Positions 14,231 through 27,604 of a DNA stretch of 64,000 nt are shown here, piece after piece. The stretch is from Octopus sinensis (lineage: Eukaryota), in NCBI RefSeq assembly GCF_006345805.1, contig NC_043008.1, forward strand, positions 70,866,001 to 70,930,000, read 5' to 3'. The stretch's first letter is position 1. Every line of letters begins with the position of its first letter. The notes under the pieces were generated by a model that was given only the letters and a program-made list of their open reading frames with translations, searched no databases and was not told where the DNA came from. The position numbers were made by a program, and so were the translations under genes.

Positions 14231-14882
14231 ACAATATGTACATACATATGTATCTGTGTGTGTGTGTGTGTGTGAATGTGTGAATGTGTGTTTGCGTATG
14301 TAAAACAGAAAAGCTAGTAATGCTTATTATGACTATCCATAATATGACTAACCGAAAGTAACCAGGTATGGTGTTCTGTATAATATCACATAAAAATTGC
14401 ATGGAATAAGTTTATTTAGCGAAGCAATTGAAATGCTCCTCGTCTAAACCGATGAAACTTACATATTCTTACTGCAACTATGGTGTGCACAAACGGAAAC
14501 AATCACACACGCTCACACACACACACTCACAGAAACAAACGTTCAACAATACATTGTCAATCACATGGACGAAATAGAGAAACAAGTATTTAAGGAAGAA
14601 TTGAGCGTGAGTGTAGAGTTATTTAATGTCAATGATTAAGTTGTGAGCGTCTTAGATGGCACAGAAAATAGGGAGCTCTTGGCATAACATGTTGCATTTG
14701 TTATTTATGTTGACCTACTTGCGTATAATAATCATCGCTTCACCAATGCATACGGAAATTGTATAGGCTGTGAAAATACGCGGTGTGTGTGCATATTTAT
14801 ATACACATATATAGTTATATATACATGTATGTATATATAGTATATATATATCCATACATTCCTACATACAGACGAACAACCC

Positions 14883-14949
<67 letters not shown>

Positions 14950-15504
14950 TATATACATATATGTATGTGTGTCTACATCATGTATACATATAAGCTTATA
15001 CACACATACGTTGAAATATAATCATATACATACCTACACACAGAAACAGACATGCATACGCACACATAAACGCGCACATACACACACAGCAACGCATAGA
15101 CACATACACATACACACGCACGCTGCAAAGTGTAACACAATGGTGTGTCACACAAATAAGTATTGTTTACTAATTTGTATATCTTAACTATTTCTGTCAA
15201 AGTATTTCCATATTCTTCTGTTCTCCTATAAAAATCTTTTGTTTCTCTTCCAAGCAATATTCTTAAGTATTTATCTTCATTCTTCCTTTTACCTAATTTT
15301 TTCCCATCTGTTTCTAGATCTCAAATATTTTGCAAATTTGTTTTATCGTGTTGTTGTTATGCTCTTCAATATATTTTTGGTTTTATTTCGTTTCTATATC
15401 TTTGATGATTATCCACCATTTTGTTTTTCTGTCTGGCTTGTTTAATGATTTGTTAGTTTGATTGTTTTTCTCTCACTCATCTTTTTTTTTCTATCTATCT
15501 GTCA

Positions 15505-15615
<111 letters not shown>

Positions 15616-15677
15616 CGACTGTCTTTCTATCTGTCTATCTGTCTGTCTGTCTGTCTGTCTGCCCGTCTGTCTATCTA

Positions 15678-15754
<77 letters not shown>

Positions 15755-15803
15755 ATATATATATATATATTTATATATTTATATATTTATATATATATAT
15801 ATA

Positions 15804-15856
<53 letters not shown>

Positions 15857-15911
15857 TTATTTATATGTAATATTTTGGACTAATTAGTATACGTCAATTA
15901 GTGTGGAGATA

Positions 15912-16241
15912 ATAATCGATTAATTAAACTGAAGATGGAATTAATATAACTCTTTATTTTCTAGGACGATCGTTTCCACCCATTCTGCGACTGTCCTTTA
16001 TGGGAGGGAAGCCAAGCATCATACTATGTTGCATCAACCTTGCAGTCTGGGTCGCATCAGGTACATTCATACGTAAAGTAATATGAAAGTGTTTGATGTG
16101 AACCAGACTGCAAAATAGGTGAAACATAGTATGATGCACAGCATCCCGCCGATAAAAGATCGGCGCAGGATGGGTCAAATGGATCGGGGTACAAAATATA
16201 GAGTTATATTAATTCCATCTTCTGCTTGTTTAATCGATTAT
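15912..16241. other. 330-bp imperfect gap-free fold-back (hairpin) element
   Basis: Two 160-bp arms and a 10-nt loop, constant register (sum 32153), 125/160 Watson-Crick pairs by manual count. Confidence 0.93.
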
Positions 16242-16349
16242 AGGTATATGTAGGAGTAAACGTAAGGATAAGCAAGTTAAACAAGTCGAAAGACAAAAAT
16301 TTTACATATAAAAGGATCGACGTACACAGAATAGAAATGATAACAGGAA

Positions 16350-16520
16350 TTAAAGGAGTTGAATAAGAGTTTTACGTTCCCAACAGCTGTTTCTGGGGGC
16401 TTGGTGGTCCAAAATAATGATTGTAAATTGCTTCCATCATCAGATAATATTAGCCTCCGTCGTCACAGAAAAAAAGTTTTACATTTGGGAGTTGTTGACA
16501 GAAATGTGATTAAAATCAAA
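16350..16520 (-). mobile_element. Penelope-like terminal repeat fragment with hammerhead-like motif
   Basis: Minus strand reads CTGATGA-TGG..(long stem II)..CCA-GAAAC-AGCT-GTT. Confidence 0.5.
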
Positions 16521-16699
16521 ATATATGTACATTTTTTGTATTAAAAGTATTTAAAGTTTTTGTATGTCGGCATGCTTAGCTTGCTTAGCCTTATATTTTT
16601 CCTCTACCTGCTCAAGTTTAATCCTCTTGAGCACTACAAAGTGAATTCTATACTGAGAATATCTGTCTCTCATCTCTCTTCCCATCTCTTTCTCTCTCA

Positions 16700-16741
<42 letters not shown>

Positions 16742-16784
16742 ATATATATATATATTATATATATATATATGTATGTGTGTGTGT

Positions 16785-16824
<40 letters not shown>

Positions 16825-16827
<3 letters not shown>

Positions 16828-16985
16828 GAAAGATTTATTTCAGTTTCCTTATAATAGTTCTACTTCCAAGGATTTGGTCTGGTCGGTCCGAGGCTATAAC
16901 AGAGTTCAGTCACCAAAAGTTCCATGCTTAGGGGCTGAATCCCGAATCCGGAACCATGTAGTTAAGTAGCAGATATTTTCTGCAC
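16825..16985 (-). mobile_element. SINE family A, decayed 5' half
   Basis: tttcagtttcc..ggtcggtccgaggctata..ggaaccatgt motifs. Confidence 0.7.
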
Positions 16986-17265
16986 ATCCATATAAATATA
17001 GACAGAGAGGCGGGAGAATGAGTGAGGTAGAGAGAGACAGCGAGAGAGTGAATTGGATTAACATATATACGCATTCATACATACATACATACCTATATGT
17101 ATGTATGTTTATGCGTCTGCATGCATATATGTATATATATGAACATATCGGGTAATCTTTCTGTTTATGTGTATCTCTCTGTGCATAACCTGCAAAATGA
17201 ACAATGACAACTACAGCAGAAGTTCTAATATCTGGCCTATTGTGGTGGTGGTGGGGGTGGTAGTG

Positions 17266-17310
<45 letters not shown>

Positions 17311-17651
17311 ATAGTGTCATCACCATTTACATCAACATCCGCAGTTCTCTTCAATAACAAAAAAAGTAGAACATTTTTTTTTATATCAGCCGCGGCAGTA
17401 TTAGCACAGCAGCAGCAGCAGCAGCAGCGGCTGTAACAGTAGCAGCAACATCAGCAGTCATTCAGCCCGCCAGCCACATAAGCACAATTAAAATCTCATA
17501 TTGACCTATGCATTATATGCATCGATGCACTGAGCGTATGTTGTTTTGTATTTATTTCTTGGTTGGCTGCACATTACACCACATCACACCAGAATTACAA
17601 TCTCATCGAACACTGACCGAATTATTATCATGATTAAAAAAAAATACAAAG

Positions 17652-17700
<49 letters not shown>

Positions 17701-18487
17701 GCGATTAACTGACCTAGATAAATCGGTCATGTGTGCAGCATTGATGACTGAGAGAGGAAGACTGGTAATTATAGAATTAATTAGTTTTGTAATTAGAATT
17801 AGAATATAAATGTGAATATTAATTAGACTTTATATGAAAAACTAGCAAAACGAAAATATATTTGTAATATCTAAAAATTAAATTTAAGGACATATAATAT
17901 ACTTTGAATCTTGAATTAGAAATAAAAGAAGGTCAGCTTTTAGAATTAATGATTTTAGAGAATTCAATTTCGTTCTTCAGATCTTTGCAACATAAAGCAT
18001 CGAAGCGATAATGGGTTTGTTTGATCAGGGATCACCTGGGGGCGCTGTAGAACAACGACAATAACGTCTACAATGATAATAATACCAGAAAAACAATCAG
18101 TCGGGGAGGGAATCATCGGATAGAAGTGAGACAAAAGTCAGGGTCACTGCCTATGCATTAGTCTGAAAAATACGAAGGACGCTTGTTTCTTTCTGCTTTT
18201 TATTTTGGTGTACTTGTTGATACTTCAAAACAGATTAGGTCAAACATTTATGTTCCGTCGGTAACCATTTAATGATTTTTTCAGGCATAGTGAGATGTGG
18301 ACTACAATACTCAATGCGTCCATTTCTTACTAAAAATCTAGGGTGCAATATAAGCTCAATTCGGTTGCAATTTCTAGCAAATCAAGTAAACAGATATAAT
18401 CATTATCTGCGTGTCTTTTAAGGTTAGCCCTTACCATAGCTTACGATTAAAGGCAATCCACTTGTGATCACCGCTCCACCCGCGGTA

Positions 18488-18540
<53 letters not shown>

Positions 18541-19099
18541 GCGGATGCGCATATGTATGTGGAGATATTTATATATACAGACATATATACCGTTACGTTA
18601 AGAAGCGGTGCATAGTACGAGGATTTTCGATTGAGTCAAATATAACAAACTGCTACAAATCTTTGTTAGACTATCCGCATAGGGGAATCAAAAGCGGCTA
18701 ATTTTTACTCGTATATAGTCGACTTAGTTGTAATAAGGAAGCCACACTAAATAGTGACAGTTTCAAATCGTTTAATACGAACGTTTCAGATTTGTGTAAA
18801 AGTTAAAAGGATTGCTTGCATTAAGTAAACCTGATTAAAAGAATTTTCAAAAATGTTGTAAGCTGCATATTAATTGATTTCAAAATATCACTATTTGTAT
18901 GACTTCGTTATTACAACTATACGGCGCGCCACACACGCACGCACACATACCCACACACGCATACACACACACACACACGCGCGCGCGCACACGCAAAGTG
19001 GATGTGTCTGTTGTGACTCCACGAAACTTTAATTATTTTTACAGCAATGCCTGCATGTTATTTTGTATTATGGCCGAGTTCCAACCCGAGCCACATAAA

Positions 19100-19255
19100 T
19101 AAAGTCCACCTGCCACACCCACACTTCTCGGTCCATCATCGCTGCCTGGGTGTCCTGGATACATTCCAGACCAATGGCTGCAATCAAGTTGTCGATGTGT
19201 GACGATGTTTCCCTCTACTTAGGTCACCATAAAATGGGTTCCAGTTGAAACTCCT
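19100..19255 (-). mobile_element. RTE-clade LINE 3' end remnant
   Basis: Frameshifted minus-strand translation ..EPILW / SRG..HIDNLIAAIGLECIQDTQAAMMDREVW resembles the RTE ORF C-terminus (RGRP..TYID.L..DTGL....AM.DR..W). Confidence 0.55.
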
Positions 19256-19388
19256 TCTCTTCATATATATACATACATACATACATACATACATATGCAT
19301 ATATACATATATATGTGTGTGTGTGTGTGTACATCTCTCTCCCTCTCTCTCTCTATATATATAGAGGGAGAGACAGACAGAGAGACAC

Positions 19389-19445
<57 letters not shown>

Positions 19446-19660
19446 CGTATGTATGTGTGTTTATATGTTTAACCTCACAACCGTTAGACACTCAGTTTAC
19501 CTACCCGAAACAAAAGGGTTCGCCGAAAGAGTGGAAAATAAGACTTTAGGGATGTCAAGGACAGATGACAGTGACTAACGAAATGACTCCTGAAAAAAGC
19601 GTCAGTAGCAATTATTTTACCAGCGCAGGCCTAAAAGTATATTAAGTAAAGAGGATGATA

Positions 19661-20036
19661 GGCGCAGGAGTGGCTGTGTGGTAAGTAGCTTGCTTACGAA
19701 CCACATGTTTCCGGGTTCAGTTCCTCTGCGTAGCACCTTGGGTAAGTGTCTTCTACTATAGCCTCGGGCCGACCAAAGCCCGTCGTATATATGTATATAT
19801 GTATATATATGTGTGTATGTGCGTGTTTGTGTGTCTGTGTTTGTCCCCCCAAGATCGGTTAACAACCGATGCTGGTGTGTATACGTCCCCATAACTTAGC
19901 GGTTCGGCAAAAAGAGACCGATAAAATAAGTACTAGGCTTACAAAAATAAGTCCTGGGGATGGTTTGATCAACTAAAGGCGGTGTTCCAGCATGGCCACA
20001 GTCACATGACTGAAACAAGTAAAAGAGTAAAGAGTA
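19661..20036 (+). mobile_element. SINE family A, near full length (internal deletion)
   Basis: GGCGCAGGAGTGGCTGTGTGG A-box, GGTTCAGTTC B-box-like, (AAAGAGT) tail. Confidence 0.92.
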
Positions 20037-20354
20037 TAGACCTATTGGAGTGTTTACCCAATATAGAATGCGCGTTAATTCATGTAGTATCACAGCTTAC
20101 ATTTTATTGGAAGATATTTAGGATGATTAAAGTACGAAATCGTTGTGCAGCTTATAAACCTTCGGTAGGCTATTCTGAAGCACTTTGCCGCTAGTTTAGT
20201 TAAACAGGTTGTGACACTGTCTTTCTGTTGCGAAGGCTTCAGCCATTTCTTCACTTACTATGCCTTTGTTTTTGAAACGTTATCAAGAATGGTGAATCTA
20301 CGAGGGATTTTGTCGCTGTACTCTATAAACACACAAAAAGCACAGCAATAAGGC

Positions 20355-20560
20355 ACAATAAAGGCTCGAAGCTATAAGTACTTAGGAGGGTATAATCGAT
20401 GAAATTGAGACCAGTACTTGCTGTATGTCTTATTCTCTCGATCACCAAAAATTGTAGAGATGAATATTGATAATTGTGGGATTTGAACTTAGAATATTAA
20501 AGACTGTAACGAAGCACAACATATTTTACCCTATCCCGTACTCTAACAATTCTGCTTTAT
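20355..20560 (-). mobile_element. SINE family B, highly decayed
   Basis: taatcgat..ccagtact..ggatttgaacttagaat..ctaacaattctgc. Confidence 0.55.
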
Positions 20561-22168
20561 GAATCAAATTTATCCAAATAAATGAATAAATAAATAAAGA
20601 AAGAAAGAAACCAATGTGACTATCACATATTTTAGAATTTTTCGGTGTGATGAAATAATTGTGCAAATAAATTTGGAGACAATATTTTAATTAAATATAT
20701 ACTAATGAATAATAATTAGAAGCAAATTATATTTAAAAAAAATTAATTGATTTCTTTAATATCTACTTATTATTTCCATACATTTCTGAGATTTCTTTAA
20801 TATCTTCGTATATTTCTATATTCCTATTCGCTAGCTTTTGGCGTTTGATACTCTAACATGAGTTTTGTATATTATCATAATTAATTACCTTAGGTTTTAT
20901 TAACATATGATATCTGTATATGTATACGCAAATTAGATTTGCAAAAACACTTGACGTATTTAAACTGATTAGACAATAAGTCATACAATATACGTGTTTA
21001 TGTAGGTTAAGTAAGCATGTTTGATGGACAACCTGCAGGATGAAAAAATAAAGCCTATCAAAAGAAAGATGATTTCATTAGTCAACGGCGATCCGACAGC
21101 TGGGAGTGAGAGACCTCTGGTCTATGTTTAAATATATCTTTCAGAGAAGGAAATTCTGAAGTATCACCCACCTCATTGCAAAGTTAGATATGTTGCTCCC
21201 GTTGATTTCTAGATAACTTGGCTTTTTAGGTGAGACACGTAGGATGTTGTGCTAGTTGTTGTTGACTAAATTATGGTAAGGACATTGATGGCTGACAGCC
21301 ATTGCCTTTAACATCCACGATTTGATAGCCAGCATCTATATGTATATTTGTATATGTATGTATGTATGCATGTATGTATGTATGTATGTATGTATGTATG
21401 TATGTATGTATGTATGTATGTATGTATGTATGTATGTATGTATATATATATAAATTGTTTTGGTATGAATATATATACATATCTATATATAAATATAGAT
21501 ATATGTATATAAACAATTGAGGGTAAAATTAATTAATTAATCAATTTCACCAAGTATTCAGTATGCAAAGGGACCATTTAAGGCGAATTCAAATTATTAC
21601 ATTATATAAAAGGGCTTAGTAAAATAAATTATATGTATATATATATGTATATAAATATATAAATATATGTATATATATATGTGTAAATTTGTATATATAT
21701 ATTAGTGTTTGTGTAGATAAATAGATAGAAGCATAAATACAAATATATGGGTGTGCGTGTGTATGTGGAAACAGAGAGAAAGAGAGAGAGAGAAGAGAGA
21801 GAGAGAAAGAAAGAAAGAAGAAAGAAAGAAAGAAAGAAAGAGAGATTACAGTTGTTAATAGTATTTGATTATTCTCAGTTTAAGCAACTGAATTGCAAAT
21901 CATATCTATAACACTTAATATTTACGAATTCAAGATTTTCAGGCAGTATCACCACGTATTTCTATAAGACAATAGCCACCTTTTAATGATATTATGTAAT
22001 ATAGTAATAACAATATAATAACAATATAATAACATATTTGTTTTATCGTCAAGGCTATATAGCCTACGTGGAGTTAATCTCTTAACTATAATGGGTAGGA
22101 GTGCAATCTTATTACAGTAAATCAGTTTAAATCTCCAATTTGCACAAATATACACATAGATACATACA

Positions 22169-22283
<115 letters not shown>

Positions 22284-22330
22284 ATATCTATCTATCTATC
22301 TAACTACCTACCTCTCTCTATCTCTCTCTC

Positions 22331-22361
<31 letters not shown>

Positions 22362-22641
22362 ATCTATCTATCTATTATGCGACAACTTTACATGTATATT
22401 CTGCCGATTAGATTTTTTAAAATTGTCATGCGCATGACCGAAGAAAATATATATAATGTTTTCCAAAATGAAATTAGACCCTATAAATCTAATTATCTCA
22501 ATATGCGACTGATTTCATTTACAACGGCCTTTCTATACTTGTATCAAAAATATCCCTACCATTTGCGTGTGTCTATATGTAGATATGCGTCAAAAAGCAT
22601 TTGTGTGCGAGCGCTCTTGAGCATGTGTGTGTGCACACCTG

Positions 22642-22728
<87 letters not shown>

Positions 22729-22735
22729 TAATATC

Positions 22736-22914
22736 ATACTGGTTTCAAATTTTGATACCTGACCAGCAATTTCAGGGTAGGAGTAACTCGATTACATCCA
22801 CGCCTGCTCAACTGGTACTTATTTTAAGTTAACCTCAATGGCGTTTGAACTCAAAGTAAAGAGGGAAAAATGCCGCGGAGCATGTGCCCATATATATATA
22901 TATATATATATTAT

Positions 22915-22953
<39 letters not shown>

Positions 22954-23084
22954 AGAGTAGGCAGAATCGCTACTGTGTGGGCACATGCTTCGCAGCATTT
23001 CGTCCTCTTTACTTCTGAGTTCAAACGCCATTGAGGTTAACTTTGGCATCCATCCCTTCCAGGATCTTTAAAATAAGTACCAGT
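22736..23084. mobile_element. Head-to-head pair of SINE-B copies around a (TA)/(GA) spacer
   Basis: 22811-22890 is the reverse complement of 22978-23084 apart from one ~27-bp indel and a few substitutions. Confidence 0.85.
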
Positions 23085-23260
23085 ATATAATATAAATGAT
23101 AATTTCTGTATGTCCATTTGTCTGTTACCATCTTGGTGCCCAAACCAGGAAACCAATCTTCACCAAACTTCATATACATGTTGAACTAACATCTAGTGCA
23201 ATTATAGGCTAATTGGATTTCAATACAAGTCGACAATAGACCGACTATGAGGGTTGAGCT
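23085..23260 (+). mobile_element. Possible non-autonomous Helitron/Helentron-like fragment
   Basis: tataatataaatg..ctgtatgtcc..gtctgt..aaaccaatcttcaccaaactt pattern, typical of such elements. Ends not resolved. Confidence 0.3.
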
Positions 23261-23478
23261 ATTACATGATAAAATGAGAGGGGTGCAAAAGCGTTAGGTT
23301 CTGGGAGGTGTGGCATAATGGGGGTAGTTGAGGGGGAGACAGGAAGAGATAGGCACACAGGAAATGTGAGAGACAGAGAACGACAGACAGGGACACTTCC
23401 ATATATATAAAAGAGAGTTTGTGTGTGAGCATTTGAATGTGTGTGTGCGAATCTTCCTTATGCATTCGAAAGTCAAAG

Positions 23479-23668
23479 TATTTGCTCATAATTAGCTTTT
23501 ATTTCTTGTCTTACAAGTGTTCCAGGTGGCCACCATCTACAGCACATGCAACATTAATGCGATAAGAGAATTCCTCCCCGATGCGTATCAGCATGTTACG
23601 ATCCACCGAGTTGATTCCTGTTGTTATTCGATGTTTAAGGTCGTCGTGGTTAGTGGATAGCGGTGGAG
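23479..23668 (-). mobile_element. Tc1/mariner (maT/DD37D-like) transposase C-terminal fragment
   Basis: Minus strand: PPLSTNHDDLKHRITTGINSVDRNMLIRIGEEFSYRINVACAVDGGHLEHL*. Confidence 0.8.
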
Positions 23669-23679
23669 GTTTTTAAGTT

Positions 23680-24301
23680 TTGAATGGCTGCCGCAGGGGT
23701 GCAGTAGTTGGGTAGTTCTTCCGTCTAATTTCAGTTATTTATTTACATTCAGAATGGCAAGTCCTCAGCAAATGGCGTTCTGCATTCTCGTGTTCGCGAA
23801 AACAAATTAAGTTGTCACGGTGCAGCGTGGTTTTCGACGGTGATTTGACATTAATCCGCCCACTCCTAAGAACATTCGGCGGTGGTTTCAACAGTTTCAA
23901 GAGAGTGGGTGTTTGTGTAAAGGAAATGGTCCAGGACGACCACGAGTTTCGGAGAAACAAGTGATGAGATTCCGTGTTGCGTTTGAGGGGAGCACGAGGA
24001 TGTCCACAAATCATGCTACTTCTTAGCATACGCCATTATCTGGTGTGTGCTAAGAAGACGTCTACGTTTGAAACCATACCGAATACGCCTCGTTCAGGCA
24101 CTTACCAATTCCTGGGAGGAATTCTCTTATCACATTAATGTTACATGTGTTGCAAGTGGTGACTACATTGAACACTTGTAAGACAGGGAAATATAAGCTG
24201 ATTGTGAGTAAATAATTGTGACTAGCTGGAGTTTTCTATTGCTTTTCCTAATTAAAATATTGCGTAACGAAATCGGTTCATTCTTTTTGAATAACCCTGT
24301 A
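23680..24301 (+). mobile_element. Internally deleted Tc1/mariner (maT-like) element with right TIR
   Basis: N-terminal HTH MASPQQMAFCILVFAKTN*VVTVQRGFRR*FDINPPTPKNIRRWFQQFQESGCLCKGNGPGRPRVSE, then LRLKPYRIRLVQAL, then a jump to the C-terminus (WEEFSYHINVTCVASGDYIEHL*). Ends ttttgaataaccctgTA. Confidence 0.85.
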
Positions 24302-24863
24302 TATCGAAAGATTATGTTTGGATATGAATTTAGGTGTGTGTATATGAAAGATGAGTGTGTGAGACAAAGACAGTGACGGAGTATGACTTATACATACATG
24401 ACAAGACACATCTTCACTCACTCATTCTCTCTCCCCTTCTCTCTTTCCCACGCACACGCAAACATGCACACACATATACACACACACGTCCATTTCATAT
24501 ACATGTATTTGCATATTTCATTTTCTCCTCTCTTTCCCTTTCTGCTCTCACTTCAAAGCAAGTGATACGGTTTCACTTTCTCTTCTCTTTTAATTTCTGA
24601 TCTCTTCAAAGCATAAGGAAATGAAATTTATTTACGGAAATTAATAAATACATTCGAAAATTTTTATACGAGTTAGTCTTCTCCTAGGGGGTGGTTTAAC
24701 AAAGTCCACGGTCCTCTCACAGCAATTGGGCTTCCTGTGCACTTGGTCACCAACGCGAGTATTTTAAACGACTACGTGGTCAATCATACATACGTACATA
24801 TACATACATACATATAAACATATATACTTACACAGATACATACATATGTCATATTTCTGTTAA

Positions 24864-25526
24864 AGACACCGCACATCTGACTGGTCGCAGTGATATAGAG
24901 GATCTTCGTCAATGCCTCCACCAAATTAGGAGGTGGTTTAACGAATGGGACCTGTGTCTGAACGTGTTAAAGTGCTGTCATCTGCCTGTTGGCTCTCCTC
25001 CTGCAACTCAACTTGATTTCGAGCCGGGTCGTCTGCTGCTGGAGAGGACCGATCAGGTAAAGGACCTGGGTATCTTGGTGGATTCCTCCTTTTCGCCTTC
25101 GGCCCAGTGCGTCCATGCTGCCAACAAAGCACGCGGAATTCTGTTCTTGATTCGACGGTCATTCGGAATGCTCACAGCAGCCATATTCCTACCGCTCTAT
25201 GTCACGCTGGTGAGACCCATATTGAAGTACGGGATTCAAGCCTCTTCTCCTTATCTCCGCAAAGACATACAGCATCTCGAAAGAGTCCAGACGCTGGCTA
25301 CCCGCATGGTCATGGTCTCAAGAATTTGTCTTATGAAGAAAGGCTGAAGACGCTCGACCTTTATTCTCTTGAAAAACGCCGCCGCCGTGGGTGATCTCAT
25401 TCTCGCTCACAACATCATAAGCGGAAAGTGTAACCTCTCGGAAGAGCTGTTCTTCACTCCTGCGGGGTCATTCCGAAAAGCTCTATCTGCGACGATTTCA
25501 TCTCAATCGAAGGAGAGGGGCTTTCT
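24864..25526 (+). mobile_element. CR1/L2-group LINE RT C-terminal fragment (frameshifted, truncated at both ends)
   Basis: KDLGILVDSSFSPSAQC..AANKARGILFLIRRSF..LYVTLVRPILKYG..SPYLRKDIQHLERVQ..ATRMV / GLKNLSYEERLKTLDLYSLEKRRRRG / DLILAHNII. GC-rich relative to flanks. Confidence 0.92.
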
Positions 25527-26215
25527 TATCCAGACTATGCTTAACTCGTAGTCTGGATAAGCTTGAACTTTCAGAAACAAAAATCAGCCAACTGACATTA
25601 CAAATGCAATCTGTAATTGGAGGAATAAAAATATGCAAGATTTTGCTCAGGTTTAAAATATGACAGTTTTTATTATATATATTCCAACGATAGTGCTTTG
25701 TATGTTTGTTAGAAACCAGCTCCTTCAGAGGAAGAATTGAAAATCAAAAGAGAATATGCAAATTTACAGATTTAATTGAAACAGAAGCGGAATTGATGCC
25801 AGTAGGAAACCATTATATCCAACTTAACGTAGCTGTTGGGTTAGAAGACATTACCGAGAGAACTTCTAATATAGCCCTGTGGTGTATAAAAGGACGAATG
25901 TTTATATCGTTGACAGATAGGGACCATCAGTTAGGAGTGTTTTTATGCACTACGAGTCTATACAAGGGTCGACTCATGGCAAATAACGCTTTATTCTAAC
26001 TTATTAACGTTGATTTGAATGTAAAGAATACCTTTATATATGCATGTGTGTATATGTATATAGATGTATATATATATATATATATATATAATACCATTAC
26101 AACCTCCAATCTCACCCTGTAACGTCCGAGAACTTAATGGTTGCTCTCAAGGAGAATCTTGCCTCTACAGAGTCACCTTTACACCATCGGATGATATGAC
26201 GGCCATTAATAATGA

Positions 26216-26249
<34 letters not shown>

Positions 26250-26573
26250 TAATAATAATAAAATAATAATAATAATAATATACGATATAATATATATATT
26301 TCTGTAATCTGTGTGCAAGCAGTGGAGGTGGCTTTGCAAGTTGAAATATCGAGAATGACGTAAATTGGCGGGAAGTAATTAAGTGCAGTAAATGAAATTT
26401 TTCTCGTATATTGAAATTTAAGTTATGAAAAATGTTTAGTGCAATATCATTATCTGCGTCTGCATTAATTGAAACATATCGTCAATAATTCAAGCTGATT
26501 TTTTCTCGTTTTCTCTTTATATGTTATACGTGTGTCTATCTGCAATTACGCATATATATATGTATTATGTATA

Positions 26574-26628
<55 letters not shown>

Positions 26629-26801
26629 TATATTATTCTATATATATGTATATATATATGTATGTATGTATATATATATGTATGTATGTATGTATGTATA
26701 TATATATAAGCAACTATAATTTTAACCGTTAAAAGTATTTTAATATGCTGCCACTTTTGATGAATTTTTTTCTCAAAAAAATGTCTATCCTATATTAGTA
26801 G

Positions 26802-26861
<60 letters not shown>

Positions 26862-26919
26862 CCATAATACCATAATACACATACATTTATATATAGACAT
26901 AATATATGTACATATGTAA

Positions 26920-27010
<91 letters not shown>

Positions 27011-27604
27011 AGTCTGTCTGTTTATCTATCTATCTATTTATAAAATTTTATACATGGATATATCTATGTTGACACGCATATACACATATATTTACACACA
27101 CACACACACACATACACATATATGTGCAAAGAAATATGTATACAAATATACACCTATTTATGTTACATATGTATATATATACACACACACCACACACACA
27201 CACATATATTTATATATACATATACATATACTTATATATGTATATATGTGTGTATGCATGTATAAACACGCCCACTCACACACACAGATATTTATAAATG
27301 GATACGTACGAATGCAAACGCACACGACAGAAATACGCACATGGACACAAAGTGTCTGTAGATTTATCTATCTTTTTCAAAGTCATCAATTTCATTTCAT
27401 TTTAATTTGCATTAACTTGGACGCGGGAATGTTCATTTTAGATAGATTTTTTTTATTTATTAGGACACGAAATATCTTGTTTGTTTATATTCTCAAAATA
27501 TCTAATCTCATCATGAAAGTCATCAGAAATTGATAAAACTGATAAAATACCCTTCTCACATATTAAAACCACAATTTTCATAATCGTCGACACTATTATG
27601 ACCA

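Noticed and set aside
18031-18048. CTCF-like motif tcacctgggggcgctg
   Set aside because: Mismatch at a core position, and a single short motif cannot be supported without ChIP data.
24964-25394. Functional RT gene
   Set aside because: Frameshifted, lacks the catalytic core, truncated at both ends.
25706-25999. 97-aa ORF as a host exon
   Set aside because: No recognisable domain or splice support; at best a faint Penelope RT-like 'YIQLNVAVG' trace.
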